From contig JBBRSP010000038.1 in assembly GCA_038245295.1 (NCBI GenBank), positions 1 to 50,879 on the forward strand: a stretch of DNA of 50,879 bases, given 5' to 3'. The first letter of the stretch is position 1. The number at the start of each line of letters is the position of its first letter. A model generated the notes under the pieces. The model was not told the origin of the DNA and ran no database searches. It saw only the letters and a program-made list of their open reading frames with translations. Below, piece by piece: positions 48,362 to 50,879 of the stretch. The position numbers and the translations under genes were made by a program. The stretch is from Candidatus Binatia bacterium (GTDB lineage Bacteria; Desulfobacterota; Binatia; HRBIN30).

Positions 48362-50674
48362 TCAGAAAAGCGACAACTGGCGCGGCGGATCTACGATGGC
48401 TTCGAAACTGGTGCCGAAGAAGCGCAGCACGGCATCGGCGATAGGTGCCAGTTGGTGCATGACGTAGTGGTCGTAGTCCGGTTTGGCGGTCAGCTGGTCG
48501 ACCGGTTCCGGCCCATTGTGGGTCATCACGTACTCGATGATCCGGCCGGCGCCATCGATCAGCTTGCGCGCCGCCTTGATGTGCGGCGGGGTCGTCTTGG
48601 TGTAGGAGTCGATGTTCTTACGAATCGCCTTCTTATAGGCCAGCTGATCATCGAACAGACCCGCTCGCAGGGTGCCGACGAAAGTACGGATGAACTCCTC
48701 GACCAGCTCATCGTGGAAGACCAGCTCCAGCAAACGCCGTTGGAAGTGTTTACTCACCGGGCTCCAGTCGCGGCGGACCGACTCCAGACCAACGAACTCG
48801 ATCTCTTCCTGACCGTCGCGCCCCACCAACAACCCGGCATACCGCTTCTTGCTGCCAACCTTGCCGCCGCGCACCTCGGGCAGAAAGAACCGCAGGTAGA
48901 GCTTCTCGAACTCCAGATCGAGCACGCTGTCACAGGCGTAGTCGGCCTGCACGTGAGCCGCCAGAGCCTGACTGATCGTCTCACGCAACTGTTCGGCGCG
49001 CTTGAGCGCCTGGTGCGGGTCAGTCTCGTGCGGATCGATGAACAGCGAGTCGGTGTCGCCGTAAATCACCTCGAAGCCGGCGCGACGTGCCTCGGCGGCG
49101 GCGAAACGGATGAGATGCTGGCCAAACGAGGTGATTGCATTGGCAACGGCGGGTGAGAACAGGCGCGACGCGCTGGCGCCGAGGACGCCGTAGAAGGAGT
49201 TCATGAGGATCTTGATGGCGTTGCTCTTGACGCCGTCACCGGAACGTTTGGCCGCGTCGCGTTCGGCCGACAGCTCCTCCATCAGTTGCGGGATGACACC
49301 CTGCACGTCGCGGCGAAAACGCGCCCCGTTTGGCGCCTCGACGGCCGGCGTGCGCGCCGCATCGACCTCGGCGACGAGGGTCATCGGATCGATGTTGAAG
49401 GTGCGAATGATGCTGGGGTACAGGCTCTTGAAGTCGAAGACCAGGACGTTGCGGAACAGGCCGGGTTTCGACTCCATGACGTAACCGCCGCCAAGCTCGA
49501 CGGCGCTGCGATCGGCGTGCACCGACGGCGCCACCAGGCCGCGGCCGCGCAAGACGCCGAGATAAAGCGAATCGATCGAGGCAATCGAGGCGCTGACACG
49601 ATCGAGCGGCATGCCGGTCAGCAGGCTGCGCTGGATGGCGAGATCGACAAGGCCCGTCTGTTCGAGCAGTCGCGAGACCAGCACACAGTCCTGGAGATTG
49701 TAGTCGATGAGCTTTTGCGGTGCCTCACGATATAGGCGCTCGATCTCGTGATGGCGCCCGTCGCCCTTGATCAACTTCCCTTCGCCCAGGAAGGTCTGCG
49801 CCGCCGTTTCGAGTTTGTAGTCTTCGAGTCGAATGAAGGCGCCGCGCATGAGCGACAGCCCATCGAGCACCAGCCGGCCGCAGACGATGGCGCGCGATTC
49901 GCGCGTGTACGAAGCGTCGCGTTGGAGATCGAGCTCGTCGTCGTTGCGCCCGATCGCGAACTTGACGCCATGGGTTCGCGCCACCTGGAGCAGGTGCGCC
50001 AGGTCAAAGTCGACGACATTCCAGCCGGTGATCACGTCGGGATCGAGGACATGCAGGTACTCGAGAAACCGCCGCACCGCGGCCTTCGGAGAGTGTACGG
50101 GTTCGGAGCGTTCGTACGTACTTCCCTCGTGCACCAGGATGGCGTGCTGCAGGTCGCCCATGTGCATGCCGATGGCGATCAACGCTCCGTCGCGCGCTGT
50201 CTCGATATCGATCGACAAAACCTTGAGTTTTGGCGCCCACACCGCCGGCTGCAGCTCGGGATTGCGCAGAACACGGCCCAATCGGCCTTGCGGCATCGAG
50301 TGTCCGTGGACCTCGAACGCGCCGCGAATGCCACGATCGATCAGATAACGATAGGCGAAACGAACATCGGCTTCGTGGCAGGGGATGCCGCGCGCCTCGA
50401 GGCGGCGGCGCAGCCCCGGCACCTCGCCCGGATTGGCCAGGGTCACTCTCGCCACATTGTCGCCGCCAAACGAATGCAGCTCGGTCGGCTCAACCTGGGC
50501 CGCCGGGGCGACCTTGCCGACAGTCTCAGCGTGTGCCGCGTCGATGAAGAAGTGCGGTCGTTGCCGATCATCGATGATCAGGCATGGCTCGCCGTTCTCC
50601 AACACCCCGTAGAGATGGACTTCGGGGACGCCGTCAACGACGCGGTGGGTCGGGGTCAGGACAAAGCCGCGCAT
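48362..50674 (-). CDS. polB: DNA polymerase II (family B)
   Basis: Exonuclease SIDIET, GWNVVDFD, YNLQD; polymerase DFKSLYPSII, KILMNSFYG, YGDTDS, KKRYAG, GLESVRRD; start 50674 or 50707. Confidence 0.95.
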   Translation of the reverse strand: MRGFVLTPTHRVVDGVPEVHLYGVLENGEPCLIIDDRQRPHFFIDAAHAETVGKVAPAAQVEPTELHSFGGDNVARVTLANPGEVPGLRRRLEARGIPCHEADVRFAYRYLIDRGIRGAFEVHGHSMPQGRLGRVLRNPELQPAVWAPKLKVLSIDIETARDGALIAIGMHMGDLQHAILVHEGSTYERSEPVHSPKAAVRRFLEYLHVLDPDVITGWNVVDFDLAHLLQVARTHGVKFAIGRNDDELDLQRDASYTRESRAIVCGRLVLDGLSLMRGAFIRLEDYKLETAAQTFLGEGKLIKGDGRHHEIERLYREAPQKLIDYNLQDCVLVSRLLEQTGLVDLAIQRSLLTGMPLDRVSASIASIDSLYLGVLRGRGLVAPSVHADRSAVELGGGYVMESKPGLFRNVLVFDFKSLYPSIIRTFNIDPMTLVAEVDAARTPAVEAPNGARFRRDVQGVIPQLMEELSAERDAAKRSGDGVKSNAIKILMNSFYGVLGASASRLFSPAVANAITSFGQHLIRFAAAEARRAGFEVIYGDTDSLFIDPHETDPHQALKRAEQLRETISQALAAHVQADYACDSVLDLEFEKLYLRFFLPEVRGGKVGSKKRYAGLLVGRDGQEEIEFVGLESVRRDWSPVSKHFQRRLLELVFHDELVEEFIRTFVGTLRAGLFDDQLAYKKAIRKNIDSYTKTTPPHIKAARKLIDGAGRIIEYVMTHNGPEPVDQLTAKPDYDHYVMHQLAPIADAVLRFFGTSFEAIVDPPRQLSLF

Positions 50675-50755
50675 CCAGGCCACGTGTAGCTTGGCAGGAA
50701 GGGTCAATCATCTGGCACGCGCGAGGTCGTCGCATGGTGGTAGGCGCAGGCTTCA

Positions 50756-50879
50756 GAGGCTGTCTCAAAACATAGGCTCACCCTTCGACGGGCTCAGGGC
50801 GAGCGGACAAAATGTCTTTGAAAATCAACCAAGCACCCGCTCAGGCTGAGCCTGTCGAAGCCGGCTCCGCAAGGTTTTG
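50756..50879. mobile_element. MITE-like element (GAGGCTGTCTCAAAAC left end) truncated by the window end, inserted in a GTAG REP loop
   Basis: Preceded by REP half GTAGGCGCAGGCTTCA (50740-50755); internal arms CTTCGACGGGCTCAG / CTGAGCCTGTCGAAG; window ends GTTTTG, the start of the expected right TIR. Confidence 0.68.

Noticed and set aside
48362..50674. PolB as a phage, plasmid or casposon/pipolin marker
   Set aside because: It is a typical full-length bacterial Pol II among housekeeping genes, with no integrase or phage genes.

Overview
GC-rich bacterial chromosome window. The many secreted proteins with Cys-flanked dockerin-like 'CxGDCxxDGxVxxxE' modules and Pro/Thr linkers suggest Candidatus Binatia/Binatota; this is inference from pattern recognition, not a search. 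It holds about 38 plausible CDSs, including housekeeping and metabolic genes (CPA1 antiporter, SDR, ilvD, ppk2, ethA-like BVMO, nagZ, Rieske ferredoxin, polB) and many modular secreted proteins. The best candidate for an undescribed system is ~5.1-18.2 kb. It contains a dockerin-bearing vanadium-haloperoxidase-like protein, a RegB/RegA pair, a bacterial lysyl oxidase, a Cys/His-rich DUF2946/CutF-like leader ORF, three paralogues of an unannotated ~150-aa 'H-x-x-EWQ' domain with three different anchors, two paralogous CxxC/HxH outer-membrane barrels, a TlpA thioredoxin and a perfect RegR box. Together these look like a redox-regulated extracellular metal (Cu?) capture/loading locus. Other highlights: four dockerin-like and one cohesin-like modules; a MITE-like family with GAGRCTGTC termini carrying different REP palindromes and landing in REP loops; a sigma54-driven pair of small membrane peptides; a group II intron domain-VI relic; an IS110 3' end; and a SOUL gene fragment. 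No rRNA, tRNA or CRISPR array was seen. All family calls come from motif recognition; no database was searched.
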